Below, piece by piece: positions 32,795 to 43,526 of a stretch of 64,000 nucleotides of DNA. Position 1 is the first letter of the stretch. Each line of letters starts with the position of its first letter. The position numbers and the translations under genes are program-made. The stretch is from Candidatus Poribacteria bacterium (GTDB lineage Bacteria; Poribacteria; WGA-4E; WGA-3G), in NCBI GenBank assembly GCA_965214095.1, contig OZ243938.1, positions 3,904,001-3,968,000 on the forward strand, read 5' to 3'. Below the pieces are notes generated by a model. That model worked only from the letters and a program-made list of their open reading frames with translations, was not told where the DNA came from and searched no databases.

Positions 32795-33853
32795 ATGCGA
32801 ACAGTCAAATTAGGTTTGATCGGTGCAGGCGGTATTTCACAGGCACACTGTGGAACACTAGCTGAGATTAAAGGATGCGAAATTATCGCAGCTGCCGATC
32901 TTGTGCCAGCGAATTTAGAACGTGCAAAAGAACGATGGGGAATAAAAAATACTTTTGATGATTACAATGAAATGCTCAAAATGGACGAAATTGAGGCGGT
33001 GTACGTATGTACCCCGACCGGTGTCCATGCTGCACCAACTGTTGCCGCATTAAACGCAGGCAAGCATGTCTTCTGTGAAAAACCGATGGAGGCCACGTTG
33101 GAAGGTGCGGAAGCGATGTGGCGTGCTTCAGTAGAAAATGATAAGATACTTATGATCGGTCTCAAACTTCGCTATTCCGGACAAGTCAAGAAAGCGAAGG
33201 AAATCGTTGACGCAGGAACGCTTGGGGATATATATTATGCCGAAACAGTGGCGGATCGACGGCGAGGAAATCCCGGTGGAAGTTTCATTCGTAAAGCAAC
33301 CGCAGGATTAGGTGCATCAGCAGACATAGGTGTTTACGCATTAGATACTGCACTCTATCTGATGGGACATCCAAAACCTGTTGCTGTCTCTGGTATTACC
33401 TCTAACTACCTGAGTCTACACAACACTTGGAATGAAGGACTGAAACAAACAGAAGTGGAAGACTTCGGTGTAGGATGGGTCGTTTTTGATAACGGTGCAC
33501 GTTTGGTATTCAAGACTTGTTGGTGTATGAATATGGATTCACTCGGTGGCACTATTTTCCTCGGTAAAAAAGCAGGTTTGCGAATCGGGATCGGTGAAGT
33601 CCGTGGTCCACAAGATGGTGTTCGCGTTTACGGCGACAAAGACGGTGAGATTCACGACGAAACATACACCGAATTTAAACCGGTAAACGTCTTCCACGAA
33701 GAAGATAGTGCATTCATTGATGCAGTCAGAGAAGGAAAACCTTCACCGATTGACCCGTATGAGATTATGCTTACAAACGTAGTCATTCAGGGAGTCATCG
33801 ATTCCTCAGAAAATGGTGGACGTGAAGTGGAAGTTACGGTGCCATCAATGTAA
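32795..33853 (+). CDS. Gfo/Idh/MocA oxidoreductase
   Basis: GLIGAGGI, GKHVFCEKP and DIGVY motifs. RBS GAGGAG. Confidence 0.95.
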   Translation: MRTVKLGLIGAGGISQAHCGTLAEIKGCEIIAAADLVPANLERAKERWGIKNTFDDYNEMLKMDEIEAVYVCTPTGVHAAPTVAALNAGKHVFCEKPMEATLEGAEAMWRASVENDKILMIGLKLRYSGQVKKAKEIVDAGTLGDIYYAETVADRRRGNPGGSFIRKATAGLGASADIGVYALDTALYLMGHPKPVAVSGITSNYLSLHNTWNEGLKQTEVEDFGVGWVVFDNGARLVFKTCWCMNMDSLGGTIFLGKKAGLRIGIGEVRGPQDGVRVYGDKDGEIHDETYTEFKPVNVFHEEDSAFIDAVREGKPSPIDPYEIMLTNVVIQGVIDSSENGGREVEVTVPSM

Positions 33854-34004
33854 CTACGAAATGTGACTATCCTTTTGATTATATCTGACTCTATTATAAA
33901 TATGTAATGGGTTGAGAAAACCCGGAACTATTCATGTCATTATAATTTCTTCAAATATATAATAAACATAAACGGGTTTTCTCAAAACTGAGGATTTTCA
34001 TACA

Positions 34005-35060
34005 ATGAAGTTACTTGAAATAGCAGGAAAAAAGTTTAGATTAGCATCCAGATTTGCACGGATGTTCGCGTTTTTTCTGGATAGTATTATCGTCTTTTGG
34101 TTGTCTGCAATACTATCCATTTTTACAAATTTCTTCGGTATAATACCAACTTTTTTTGCACCATTTTCTATTTTGGCACCGTTTTTGTTCTGGGTTTGGG
34201 GGATGCTTTTCTTAGATGGTTTCAAGAACGGTCAGGGAATTGGGAAACGTCTCTTGTCAATGCAGGTGATCCGATTGAAGGACGGAAAACCGTGTACATT
34301 TAAAGACTCTTTCGTTCGAAGATTGACATCTTGCTTCCAACCCTTTGATATTCTCTTCTCATTGGGAAACAAAAAGCAGCGTATGGGAGACCTATTCGCT
34401 GAAACGGTTGTTGTGAAATATGAACCCCACATTCAATATGATGCCCCACCTAAGAAAGAAGATCCTGAAAAGGTGTTAGAGAATGCTATCATTGAAATCA
34501 CCGCTCGGTTGACAGAGGCAAGAGAAAAGGTTGATGCATCTATTGGAATTGAAAAGCAATTTCAAAGTGCATATCAAGGGGCTTTGGTACAGGCTGAAAG
34601 ATGTGAAGAAAGGGCGACAATTGCAATCCAAGCAGGACGTGAAGACTTAGCGCGCGAAGATATTACACAACGAAACGAATATAAACGACTTGCAGAACGA
34701 TACAAAAAACAGTGGGAAGAACAACAACATGTTGTTGCAGAACTGACTAACCTGCTTGAAACACTGGAAATGAAAACAGAAGAAGCAGAGCGAAAAAGAG
34801 ATCTCGTTATCGCACAGCACAGAAATGTTGATGCACAGAAGCATCTCCAAGAAACCTTAACTGAAGTTGAGGATGGTGCCGCATTTGATATACTTAACAA
34901 AATGGAACGAAATGTAAGTGAAGCCGTCACTTTAGCAAAAGCTGCATCACAAGTAGACAACGATCTCTCAAATATGAAACTAAACAAGGAATATACTGGA
35001 TACGCTGAAGAAGCATCAATAGACGATGACTTAGCAGAACTAAAATCAAAATTACAATAA
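34005..35060 (+). CDS. RDD-domain / PspA-IM30 fusion protein 1
   Basis: RDD: RMFAFFLD, GIGKRLLSMQV, KQRMGDLFAETVVV. PspA: EDPEKVLE...AIQAGREDLARE...IDDDLAELK. Confidence 0.85.
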   Translation: MKLLEIAGKKFRLASRFARMFAFFLDSIIVFWLSAILSIFTNFFGIIPTFFAPFSILAPFLFWVWGMLFLDGFKNGQGIGKRLLSMQVIRLKDGKPCTFKDSFVRRLTSCFQPFDILFSLGNKKQRMGDLFAETVVVKYEPHIQYDAPPKKEDPEKVLENAIIEITARLTEAREKVDASIGIEKQFQSAYQGALVQAERCEERATIAIQAGREDLAREDITQRNEYKRLAERYKKQWEEQQHVVAELTNLLETLEMKTEEAERKRDLVIAQHRNVDAQKHLQETLTEVEDGAAFDILNKMERNVSEAVTLAKAASQVDNDLSNMKLNKEYTGYAEEASIDDDLAELKSKLQ

Positions 35061-35132
35061 TCCCTGACAATAAAAACCATACAACTTTCTCATTTCAGTT
35101 CAAGTGTCGTTATCACGACTTACACACAGACA

Positions 35133-35520
35133 GTAGGCGCGCTTTTGAAGCGCGCTAGTTTTCTCGTTTATATTACACAAATAATAAGAGATTTTGTCAC
35201 TAACTTCTCACCATGAATTGTAGGGGCGGGTCTCTGTGCCCGCCCGTTGTTTTACAGGACAAGGAATGAGCGGGGCACGGAGACCCGGGGAATACCAAAC
35301 GCGTATTCGTCTAAGTGTATTCATTCCCGGGGAATGCCTTATGAAGATTAATTTATTAAACGGGTAATTCTCATTTTCTCAAACCCGGTAGGAGCGGTTT
35401 CCTAACAGCTCCGGACTTCTCAAGGAAATTACCTGATTTATTTCTTAATCTTCATATGGCATTCATACCGTTGATTTGGGGGAACGCCTACAGACGTTCA
35501 TTCCGTTGATTTGGCACTAC
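35133..35520. repeat. Composite REP cluster with a nested MITE (35341-35455)
   Basis: GTAG-gcgcgcttttgaagcgcgc, GTAG-gggcgggtctctgtgcccgccc, and a gaatgcc/ggcattc palindrome split by the MITE at a TA. Confidence 0.75.
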
Positions 35521-35593
35521 AATGGTTACTGGAATTTATTGCCAAAAACTTTACACACCTAACCATAGTATACAATGAAAAGGCACCAAAATT

Positions 35594-36712
35594 ATGTCTA
35601 TTGTCAAAGTCATAGGTGAAAAATTCAAATTAGCTTCTCGATGGTCAAGAGTCGGTGCGTTCTTACTGGACGTTGTTCTATTAGGTTTCTGCCAAGCACT
35701 TGTATTCCTTAGCGGGTTTATCCTTTACCCTATTTATGACGATATCTTGAATATTTGGAATCCAGATGTATTTACAAATAGAATGATCCTTCTGTTGAGT
35801 ATTGTCCTATGGACATTCGGTATATTATTGATGGATGGAGTAAAAAAAGGTGGTGGATTTGGAAAGCGGTTAATGTCGCTGCAAATTATTCGTTTGAAGG
35901 ACGGGAAACCAGCAAACCTAAAGGATGTTTTTGTTCGTCGCTTTGCCGGTTTATTTCAACCGATTGATTGGTTATTCGCAACAGGAAAAGAAAGACAAAG
36001 AATGGGAGACAAACTTGCAAAAACTATTGTTGTTCAGTTAGACTCGCCACTCGTTGAAATTATCCCTGAGACAGAACTAGAAACAGTAAAAGAGAAAGAA
36101 ACTGAAGAAAAGGATCTTGAAAAGGTATTAGAAGATGTTATTCTTGAGATCACAAATCGGTTTTCAGAAGCAAAACAGAAGGTTGATGCATCAATTGGCA
36201 TAGAAAAACAGTTTCAAAATGCGCACGACAATGCTGTTGCACAAGCCGATAAGTGTGAGGAACGCGCAGTAATCTCCCTACAAGCAGGACGCGAAGACTT
36301 GGCACGTGAAGACCTTGCACAACGAAACGAATATAGAAACCTCGCAAATCGATATAAGACACAGTGGGAAGAGCAGAAGCAGACAGTCCAACACCTCACC
36401 ACACTCCTTGACACGCTCCATCAAAAAACCCAACAAACACAGAGAGAAAGGGATGTTGTCCTCGCGCAACACAGAAACGTTGATGCACACGAACATCTCC
36501 AACAGACTCTAACAGAACTTCAGGGCAATAAGGCTTTTGAGATACTCAAGAAAATGGGGCAAAATGTTACCGAAGCTGCAGCGTTAGCAAAAGCAGCATC
36601 TGAGGTAGATGTAGAATTCAAGAATGTGGAAGTAAATCATGAATTTGTCAATTATGCTGAAGATGAAGCAATTGAAAAAGAACTCGCAGATTTGAAACAA
36701 AAAATACAATAG
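35594..36712 (+). CDS. RDD-domain / PspA-IM30 fusion protein 2
   Basis: Paralogue of 34005-35060: RVGAFLLD, RQRMGDKLAKT, LQAGREDLAREDLAQRNEY, IEKELADLK. Confidence 0.85.
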   Translation: MSIVKVIGEKFKLASRWSRVGAFLLDVVLLGFCQALVFLSGFILYPIYDDILNIWNPDVFTNRMILLLSIVLWTFGILLMDGVKKGGGFGKRLMSLQIIRLKDGKPANLKDVFVRRFAGLFQPIDWLFATGKERQRMGDKLAKTIVVQLDSPLVEIIPETELETVKEKETEEKDLEKVLEDVILEITNRFSEAKQKVDASIGIEKQFQNAHDNAVAQADKCEERAVISLQAGREDLAREDLAQRNEYRNLANRYKTQWEEQKQTVQHLTTLLDTLHQKTQQTQRERDVVLAQHRNVDAHEHLQQTLTELQGNKAFEILKKMGQNVTEAAALAKAASEVDVEFKNVEVNHEFVNYAEDEAIEKELADLKQKIQ

Positions 36713-36749
36713 GAGGATTTAGTACTGCTATTTGCTAATAGTGTAAGAT

Positions 36750-38222
36750 ATGGAAAATCAAAAACTACCAAACATCGTTTTTATTATGGCAGATGACATG
36801 GGGTATGGTGATGTTGGCTGCTATAATCCTGATTCAAAAATACCCACACCAAACATGGATCAACTTGCACAAGATGGAATCCGCTTTACAGACGCACATT
36901 CTCCCTCAGCAGTATGTACCCCCACACGATACGGTGTCTTAACTGGCAGATATTGCTGGCGCAGCCGTCTAAAACGTGGTGTGCTTTACGGATACGAACC
37001 CCCATTAATTGAACCTGAACGTCTGACAGTCGCTGGACTGCTGAAAGATGCAGGATACAACACTGCATGTATCGGTAAATGGCATTTAGGTCTTGGATTC
37101 TCTACGAAATCGGACTACGACTTCAACTTTGATGCACCACTACCGTGGGGTAATGCCAAACGCGAATTGGAAGAAAATATCGATTTTCACGCACCAATCA
37201 CAGGTGGACCAAATGATATCGGTTTCGATTATTTCTACGGCACATCGGGGTGTCCAACCTGCCAACCCCCTTACGGATTCATAGAAAACGATACTTTTGT
37301 TAAAGTACCGAATGAATATCGTGGAGAACCTGATTTCACGGGGCGTCCCGGTATGACTGCACCGAGTTGGCAGCATAAAGATGCAGACCCAATGATTGCT
37401 CAGAAAACAGTTGAATATATTGAGACACAAGCCAATTCTGAAGATCCATTCTTCATCTATATGACCCCTTCCGCTCCACATGAACCTTGTGTTGAAGAGG
37501 TTGTGCCAGACTTTGCACGCGGACAGAGTGATGCTGGACCGCGTGGAGATTTAGTTTGGTTAGTAGACTGGATGGTCGGGGAAGTCATGGACGCATTAGA
37601 CCGAACCGGAAAAACTGACGACACACTAATAATCGTTACAAGTGATAACGGAGCACTCCCCGGAGACAGAATTAAGGGTGGGAAAGGTCCAATGCCGTAT
37701 AATATCTACGACCACAAGTCGTGTGGAGATTGGCGTGGATACAAAGCACATATCTGGGAAGGCGGACACCGCGAACCCTTCATCGCAAGATGGCCAAACG
37801 TGATAGAACAGAATACCACATCAGATGAATTAGTGTGCTTAACGGATCTCATGGAAACGTGTGCAGCAATAGTCGGAACAGATGTTCCGGATGATGCTGG
37901 ACAAGATAGTTGTAATATCCTACCAGCACTCTTAGGAAAAGAAACCGATCACCAACTTCGTAAAGCAATTGTGCATCACTCCAGTAACGGTGTCTTTTCT
38001 ATACGTCACGAAGAATGGAAATTGATTATAGGCACGGAAGGATCAGGAGGATGGCCCCCACCAAGTGGCGGTGGTCCCAAACCAGATTCTCCTGGACAAT
38101 TATATCACATTCATGATGACCCGTCCGAAACAGAAAATCTATGGTCTACGCATCCAGATATTGTTGATAGGTTAACACAGTTATTGGAGAAGTTTGAACA
38201 AGAAGGACACAGTAGAATGTGA
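36750..38222 (+). CDS. Arylsulfatase (Cys-type formylglycine-dependent)
   Basis: NIVFIMADDMG, VCTPTRYGVLTGRY, GKWHLG and SDNG motifs. Confidence 0.95.
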   Translation: MENQKLPNIVFIMADDMGYGDVGCYNPDSKIPTPNMDQLAQDGIRFTDAHSPSAVCTPTRYGVLTGRYCWRSRLKRGVLYGYEPPLIEPERLTVAGLLKDAGYNTACIGKWHLGLGFSTKSDYDFNFDAPLPWGNAKRELEENIDFHAPITGGPNDIGFDYFYGTSGCPTCQPPYGFIENDTFVKVPNEYRGEPDFTGRPGMTAPSWQHKDADPMIAQKTVEYIETQANSEDPFFIYMTPSAPHEPCVEEVVPDFARGQSDAGPRGDLVWLVDWMVGEVMDALDRTGKTDDTLIIVTSDNGALPGDRIKGGKGPMPYNIYDHKSCGDWRGYKAHIWEGGHREPFIARWPNVIEQNTTSDELVCLTDLMETCAAIVGTDVPDDAGQDSCNILPALLGKETDHQLRKAIVHHSSNGVFSIRHEEWKLIIGTEGSGGWPPPSGGGPKPDSPGQLYHIHDDPSETENLWSTHPDIVDRLTQLLEKFEQEGHSRM

Positions 38223-38230
38223 GGGAACTT

Positions 38231-39061
38231 ATGTCAATCAAACCTAATTCACTTTTTCGTTTATCAACGCCATCCAATCAAGACATAGAGTCGTTTCATA
38301 ATGATGGATATATCGCATATCCAGATATATTCACGGACGATGGCAGAGAAGGTTTAATTGAGGAAATAACGCATCAATTTGAACCGACGCGTCAATACAT
38401 TGCGGCATTAGAGGACGGTGAAACACCGGAACGTGCTTATTTTATTCGTCCATGGAACGAACGTAGAATATATAGCGACAGACTTATTGACGATCCCTTC
38501 ATTACGGCACTGTTACGTGCAACCATTGGTGACGCATACCACTACTGTCATTCTGCACTTAACATTGCACCCCGTGGGATCGGACCTATCCAGTTTCATC
38601 AAGACCATCACCATTGGAAGCATGAGAATCCTGTCAATCTTGCCGAACGTGATAACTACTACATTCAGATATTATATTATCCGAATGGTTTCACGCGGGG
38701 TGATCGCAACTTGAAAGTGATAGCGGGTAGTCACAAGGTTGCACCAACGGCAGAAGCAACACCAGAACGAATGCTTGCTGGTGAATTCGACGAGGAAGCA
38801 GGACGTAAACTGGAAGAGAAACGGCTCGATCTGCCACCAGGGAGTATGGTCTACATAGACGCACGCATTTTCCACGGCGTAGAAGCAAAACCTGTAGATT
38901 CCCCGCAATTATATCGCATCTTTGTGATAGACATATTCAAAGAAGCAGGTCCACCGCATCGATACACACAACACATACCCCCTGAATGGCTGGAAGACAC
39001 AACACCATACCGTAAAAAGTTATTTACTCGGGATGGCTACGTAGAAGGCTGTTGGAACTGA
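38231..39061 (+). CDS. PhyH-family dioxygenase
   Basis: FHQDH, LKVIAGSH and PGSMV...FHG motifs. Confidence 0.85.
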   Translation: MSIKPNSLFRLSTPSNQDIESFHNDGYIAYPDIFTDDGREGLIEEITHQFEPTRQYIAALEDGETPERAYFIRPWNERRIYSDRLIDDPFITALLRATIGDAYHYCHSALNIAPRGIGPIQFHQDHHHWKHENPVNLAERDNYYIQILYYPNGFTRGDRNLKVIAGSHKVAPTAEATPERMLAGEFDEEAGRKLEEKRLDLPPGSMVYIDARIFHGVEAKPVDSPQLYRIFVIDIFKEAGPPHRYTQHIPPEWLEDTTPYRKKLFTRDGYVEGCWN

Positions 39062-39163
39062 TTCATGGTTAATATACCATAATTATGGTTTAGACAGTTT
39101 GCCATCATTGATGTTGTTATACCCATTCCAAAAAATGACTTCGCTTAAAGAAATAGGCTGATT

Positions 39164-39556
39164 GTAGTCGCGCAATTCATTGTGCCTCGGACATTTATGG
39201 TGAAGTAAAAAATAATTATGCACACCACTGTAGGAGCGATCTCCAATTTGCGACTTAACTCAGGGGTAATCGGAAATCGGATTCTCTCCTACATTTCCAA
39301 AATGTCCAATTAATTCAAGAATCTACCAATTAAAAAGTGAAATTCATTTTTAGAATTGGTATTATAGTGAATTATAAATATAAGTTGACACTTTCGACCC
39401 ACGGTAGGCGAGGTTTCCTAACCTCGCCGATGCAGAGTGTTCAAGTAATTTCAAAATCTACTATAGTAGATCACATACCTATTAGAGTATATCGTCCCAT
39501 AAGGAAATCATCCATACATTGAGGAATGTAAGAGACACAATGAATTGCACGACTAC
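39164..39556. repeat. Nested REP/MITE cluster upstream of the FGE-domain array
   Basis: Inverted family A REPs (39164, 39556) flank two TATRGTGAA-ended elements (39196-39330 and 39363-39465). Confidence 0.7.
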
Positions 39557-39589
39557 AAACGCATTGATTATTTTATAGAGTGATTTACC

Positions 39590-40813
39590 ATGTCAAATAG
39601 AGGCGAATTTATTGATCTTATAAACGAATTTAAAAGAGTTTCACCGTCTATTTCTGATGAACAACGGAAGGGACTTCTTCGGAGGGGAGTCCAACAGTTC
39701 GGTATTGGAATGGATGATGCGATTGAAATCTTGAACGCATCTGGTTTGGTAATTGGTGAGAGTATTGATTATTATGAAGTGTTGGGATTATCAAGGGCGG
39801 GTTTTGAAACACGAAGTGAGTCGGAAATTGTTAATCAGGTTAGGGGCGCACACGAAAAACTATATAGTGCTTCGTTGAAAGCAGGGGGACGACCTCGTGC
39901 TGATGGTAGGACGGAGGAGCAGTGGCGGACACTCCTCAATCAGGCACGCGATGCACTCATCGATCCAGAATCACGAAACGCACCACTCATAGCTGCAGAT
40001 TTTGTAGAAGAGGAGGCAGAGAAACCACCTGTTCCTTTACATCTTCTTGAGGACATGGAGCTTATACCTGCAGGTGCGTTTAAAATGGGTGGCAGTGATG
40101 ACGAAGCATTTCAAGATGAATTGCCGGTTCATGATGTTTACCTTGATGCATTCTATATTGACAAATATCCTGTAACCAATGCACAATTCAAGGAATTCGT
40201 TGATGCGAACCCACTATGGGACAAACCGCGCGGCTTCACATTTTTTCATTCTTTTAAATATTACGATGGATATTACCTACACCATTGGGGTAAGAATAAC
40301 TACCCAGAGGAGAGAACTGACCATCCCGTTGTTCATATCAGTTGGTATGCTGCGATGGCTTATGCACGGTGGATTGGAAAACGTTTACCTACTGAAGCAG
40401 AATGGGAGAAAGCAGCGCGTGGTGGATTGGAAGACAAAAAATATCCATGGGGTGATGTGATTGATGGTGGTAAAGCAAATTATGAAAAAAGACGTCAACA
40501 AACAACCCTTGTTGGACGTTATCCTGCAAATGGATACGGTTTATTTGATATGGTGGGTAATGTGTGGGAATGGTGTCTTGATGAGTGGGATAAGAGTTTT
40601 TATGCGTTTTCGTCAAAAGATAATCCAGTATGTGGTGGGAGTATTGAAAGAATTGTTCAAAACTATACGAATTCTAAATCACATCATGTGATACGGGGAG
40701 GATCGTGGTACAATTCAGTTGAGAATGTCCGAACTGCTAAGCGATCTGGTGTCTTGCCAACATACGCGAATTCTAACATAGGATTTCGGTGTATAATACC
40801 TGTTGCGTCATAG
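39590..40813 (+). CDS. J-domain-like / FGE-sulfatase (SUMF1-family, C-type lectin fold) protein 1
   Basis: DYYEVLGLS...RPRADGR...LNQARDALIDP, followed by FKMG..PVTNAQF..HPVV.ISW..RLPTEAEWEKAARGG..NGYGLFDMVGNVWEW..RGGSW..GFRC. Confidence 0.85.
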   Translation: MSNRGEFIDLINEFKRVSPSISDEQRKGLLRRGVQQFGIGMDDAIEILNASGLVIGESIDYYEVLGLSRAGFETRSESEIVNQVRGAHEKLYSASLKAGGRPRADGRTEEQWRTLLNQARDALIDPESRNAPLIAADFVEEEAEKPPVPLHLLEDMELIPAGAFKMGGSDDEAFQDELPVHDVYLDAFYIDKYPVTNAQFKEFVDANPLWDKPRGFTFFHSFKYYDGYYLHHWGKNNYPEERTDHPVVHISWYAAMAYARWIGKRLPTEAEWEKAARGGLEDKKYPWGDVIDGGKANYEKRRQQTTLVGRYPANGYGLFDMVGNVWEWCLDEWDKSFYAFSSKDNPVCGGSIERIVQNYTNSKSHHVIRGGSWYNSVENVRTAKRSGVLPTYANSNIGFRCIIPVAS

Positions 40814-40867
40814 TATTCCTATGAATCAAACACATATCCGATATGGACAATTATTGGAGTAGTGAAC

Positions 40868-42160
40868 ATGTCTAAACGCGATGAGTTTGAAGCATTTATC
40901 AGTAGACTCAAAGCAGTTTCACCTACTATTACAGATGAACAACGAAAAGGTCTTTTGCGTCAAGCATCTTTGGAGTATGAAGTGCCAGTTGATGATGCGG
41001 TTGAGATTCTACGAATAACGGGATTGGTTGTTGGAAAAAATGATAGTTATTTTGAGATATTGGATATCTCAATTGCTGAATTCAGTAACCTAAGTGAAGA
41101 TGCCATTACTACGCATGTTAATTCTACACACAAAAAACTCTATGCAACATCTTTGGCTGCAGGTGGACTACCACGTCCTGATGGAAGGTCTCAAGAACAG
41201 TGGCGGAATGTTCTGAATGAAGCGCGTGATACATTGATTGACCCATTGAAAAGACGTGAACACATTTCCATGCTTCAACACAATACGGACGAACAAAAAA
41301 TAGATGAAACTGAAAGCATACCAACTATACAAGCATCAGAAATTGTAGATTCACCTCGTCAAGAATTGAGTCATTTAACTATACCTGATGATGTAATTGT
41401 GCCAGAAGATATGGTATTCATTCCTGCTGGTGAGTTTCTAATGGGCAGCGAGGATGAAGAGGCACAAGACGATGAACAACCGAATCATGTTGTTTTTCTT
41501 GATGCCTACCTGATGGATATATTTCCAGTGACCAATTCGGAATTTAGAGGTTTTATTGATGCTAACCCAAAATGGAGTAAAACAGATATCTATGGAGAAC
41601 ATATCTCTATAGAATTTCAGGATGGGGGTTATTTAAAAGATTGGGAGGACGATACATTCCCTGATGGTAAAGCGGAGCATCCTGTTACTCAGGTGAGTTG
41701 GTATGCTGCGATGGCGTATGCCCGGTGGGTAGGGAAACGGCTACCAACAGAAGCGGAGTGGGAAAAAGCAGCACGTGGTGGTATAGGGGGAAAGAAATAC
41801 CCATGGGGTGATTCTATCGATGGTGTTGACTTCAATTCAGACGATACTACACCGATTGGAAACACTCCTGCTAATGGTTATGGGTTATATGACATGAGTG
41901 GTAATGTGTGGGAGTGGTGTCTTGATGCTTACGATCCAGAATACTATTTAGTTTCCCCACCAAAAAATCCATTTTCAGATACAGCCAACGTGTCTTGGGT
42001 GGTGAATAACTTTAGAAATATTAAGTCTCCACGCGTTTTACGTGGTGGTCCTTGGGATATTGATTCTCAAGGTGTACGCGTTTCTCACAGATTTAGCGGT
42101 AATCCGATGGATACATTTCCTACATTTGGATTTCGATGTGTGATGGATGTGAATACTTGA
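40868..42160 (+). CDS. J-domain-like / FGE-sulfatase protein 2
   Basis: Same architecture, with GGLPRPDGR and RGGPW...GFRC. Confidence 0.85.
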   Translation: MSKRDEFEAFISRLKAVSPTITDEQRKGLLRQASLEYEVPVDDAVEILRITGLVVGKNDSYFEILDISIAEFSNLSEDAITTHVNSTHKKLYATSLAAGGLPRPDGRSQEQWRNVLNEARDTLIDPLKRREHISMLQHNTDEQKIDETESIPTIQASEIVDSPRQELSHLTIPDDVIVPEDMVFIPAGEFLMGSEDEEAQDDEQPNHVVFLDAYLMDIFPVTNSEFRGFIDANPKWSKTDIYGEHISIEFQDGGYLKDWEDDTFPDGKAEHPVTQVSWYAAMAYARWVGKRLPTEAEWEKAARGGIGGKKYPWGDSIDGVDFNSDDTTPIGNTPANGYGLYDMSGNVWEWCLDAYDPEYYLVSPPKNPFSDTANVSWVVNNFRNIKSPRVLRGGPWDIDSQGVRVSHRFSGNPMDTFPTFGFRCVMDVNT

Positions 42161-42221
42161 GGTGTTTAGTTTTTAGTACATTTTGTATCTATTGTAATTA
42201 TAGATTATTGGAACATAAATT

Positions 42222-43502
42222 ATGTCCAAACGATTAGAATTCATAGAAGTCGTCAACACATTCAAAGAAGTATCTCCGAGTATAACCGACAATCAAAGGC
42301 GCGGGTTGCTGAGTCAAGCTGTACAGAATTATGCGCTTTCCATTGAGGATGCATCAGAGATACTCAAATCTCTCGGTCTGATAGTTGGGGAGGAAATTAA
42401 TTATTTTGAAGTGTTAGAGTTGTCAATTGAAGAATTTGAGAACAAAAGTGTAACAGAAATTGCAAATTATGTTGATGAATCACATTCACGTCTATATAGT
42501 GCATCATTGCGCGCTGGTGGACTCCCGCGTCCTGATGGTAGGTCGCAAGAACAGTGGCGGATTGTTCTGAATGAAGCGCGTGATACATTGATTGACCCAT
42601 TGAAAAGACGTGAACACCTTGCCATCATTCAAGATTCTGTAGAGATAACGGAAATAGCAGCAGAAAGCACACCAGAATTCCAAGAATCCGATATTGTCGC
42701 AGTAGAAAGACCTCGTCACGAATCAAGATATGAAACATTACCTGATGGTGTTGATGTGCCTGATGATATGGTATTTATTCCTGCAGGTGAGTTTCAGATG
42801 GACAGTGAGAACGAAGAATCTAACAATACACCCATTTCAACTCAAAATGTCTACCTAAATGGTTATCTTATTGATATTTTTCCTGTCACCAACGCACAAT
42901 ATATGAAATTTCTGGATGCTAACCCACAATGGCAGAAAAAGAATGTTCCCAGTCAGTTGCATGATGGAAGTTACTTGGAATCTTGGATTGGAAGAAGACT
43001 TCCTCGTGATAAAACAAACCATCCAGTTATCTATGTGAGTTGGTATGCTGCGATGGCTTATGCGGAATGGATTGGAAAACGATTGCCGATCAAAGCAGAA
43101 TGGGAGATGGCAGCTCGCGGAGGACTACATAGGAAGAAATATCCGTGGGGAGATAGTATCAATACAGAACAGGCGAATTACGGTATGCATATCGGTAAAA
43201 CAACAGAAGTTAATAAGTATCCACCCAATGAATATGGCATATATGATATGGTCGGAAATGTGTGGGAGTGGTGTTTGGATGAATATGACGAGAATACTAA
43301 ACATCAACGTTATGATATGATAGCAGAAAATATAGGCAATATAACGAAGGATTTTTTACAAGTTAATTCTCCTCGTATAGTCCGTGGTGGTTCTTGGGCA
43401 AGCAGTGAACGTGCCACACAGATTGCTTATTGTGGATGGGCGGCTCCGAATTTTACACATTATAATTATGGATTTCGGTGTGTGAAAGAAATTGTAAATT
43501 GA
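42222..43502 (+). CDS. J-domain-like / FGE-sulfatase protein 3
   Basis: Same architecture as the other array members. Confidence 0.85.
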   Translation: MSKRLEFIEVVNTFKEVSPSITDNQRRGLLSQAVQNYALSIEDASEILKSLGLIVGEEINYFEVLELSIEEFENKSVTEIANYVDESHSRLYSASLRAGGLPRPDGRSQEQWRIVLNEARDTLIDPLKRREHLAIIQDSVEITEIAAESTPEFQESDIVAVERPRHESRYETLPDGVDVPDDMVFIPAGEFQMDSENEESNNTPISTQNVYLNGYLIDIFPVTNAQYMKFLDANPQWQKKNVPSQLHDGSYLESWIGRRLPRDKTNHPVIYVSWYAAMAYAEWIGKRLPIKAEWEMAARGGLHRKKYPWGDSINTEQANYGMHIGKTTEVNKYPPNEYGIYDMVGNVWEWCLDEYDENTKHQRYDMIAENIGNITKDFLQVNSPRIVRGGSWASSERATQIAYCGWAAPNFTHYNYGFRCVKEIVN

Positions 43503-43526
43503 GGATATTATTGGGAATCATTGTTT

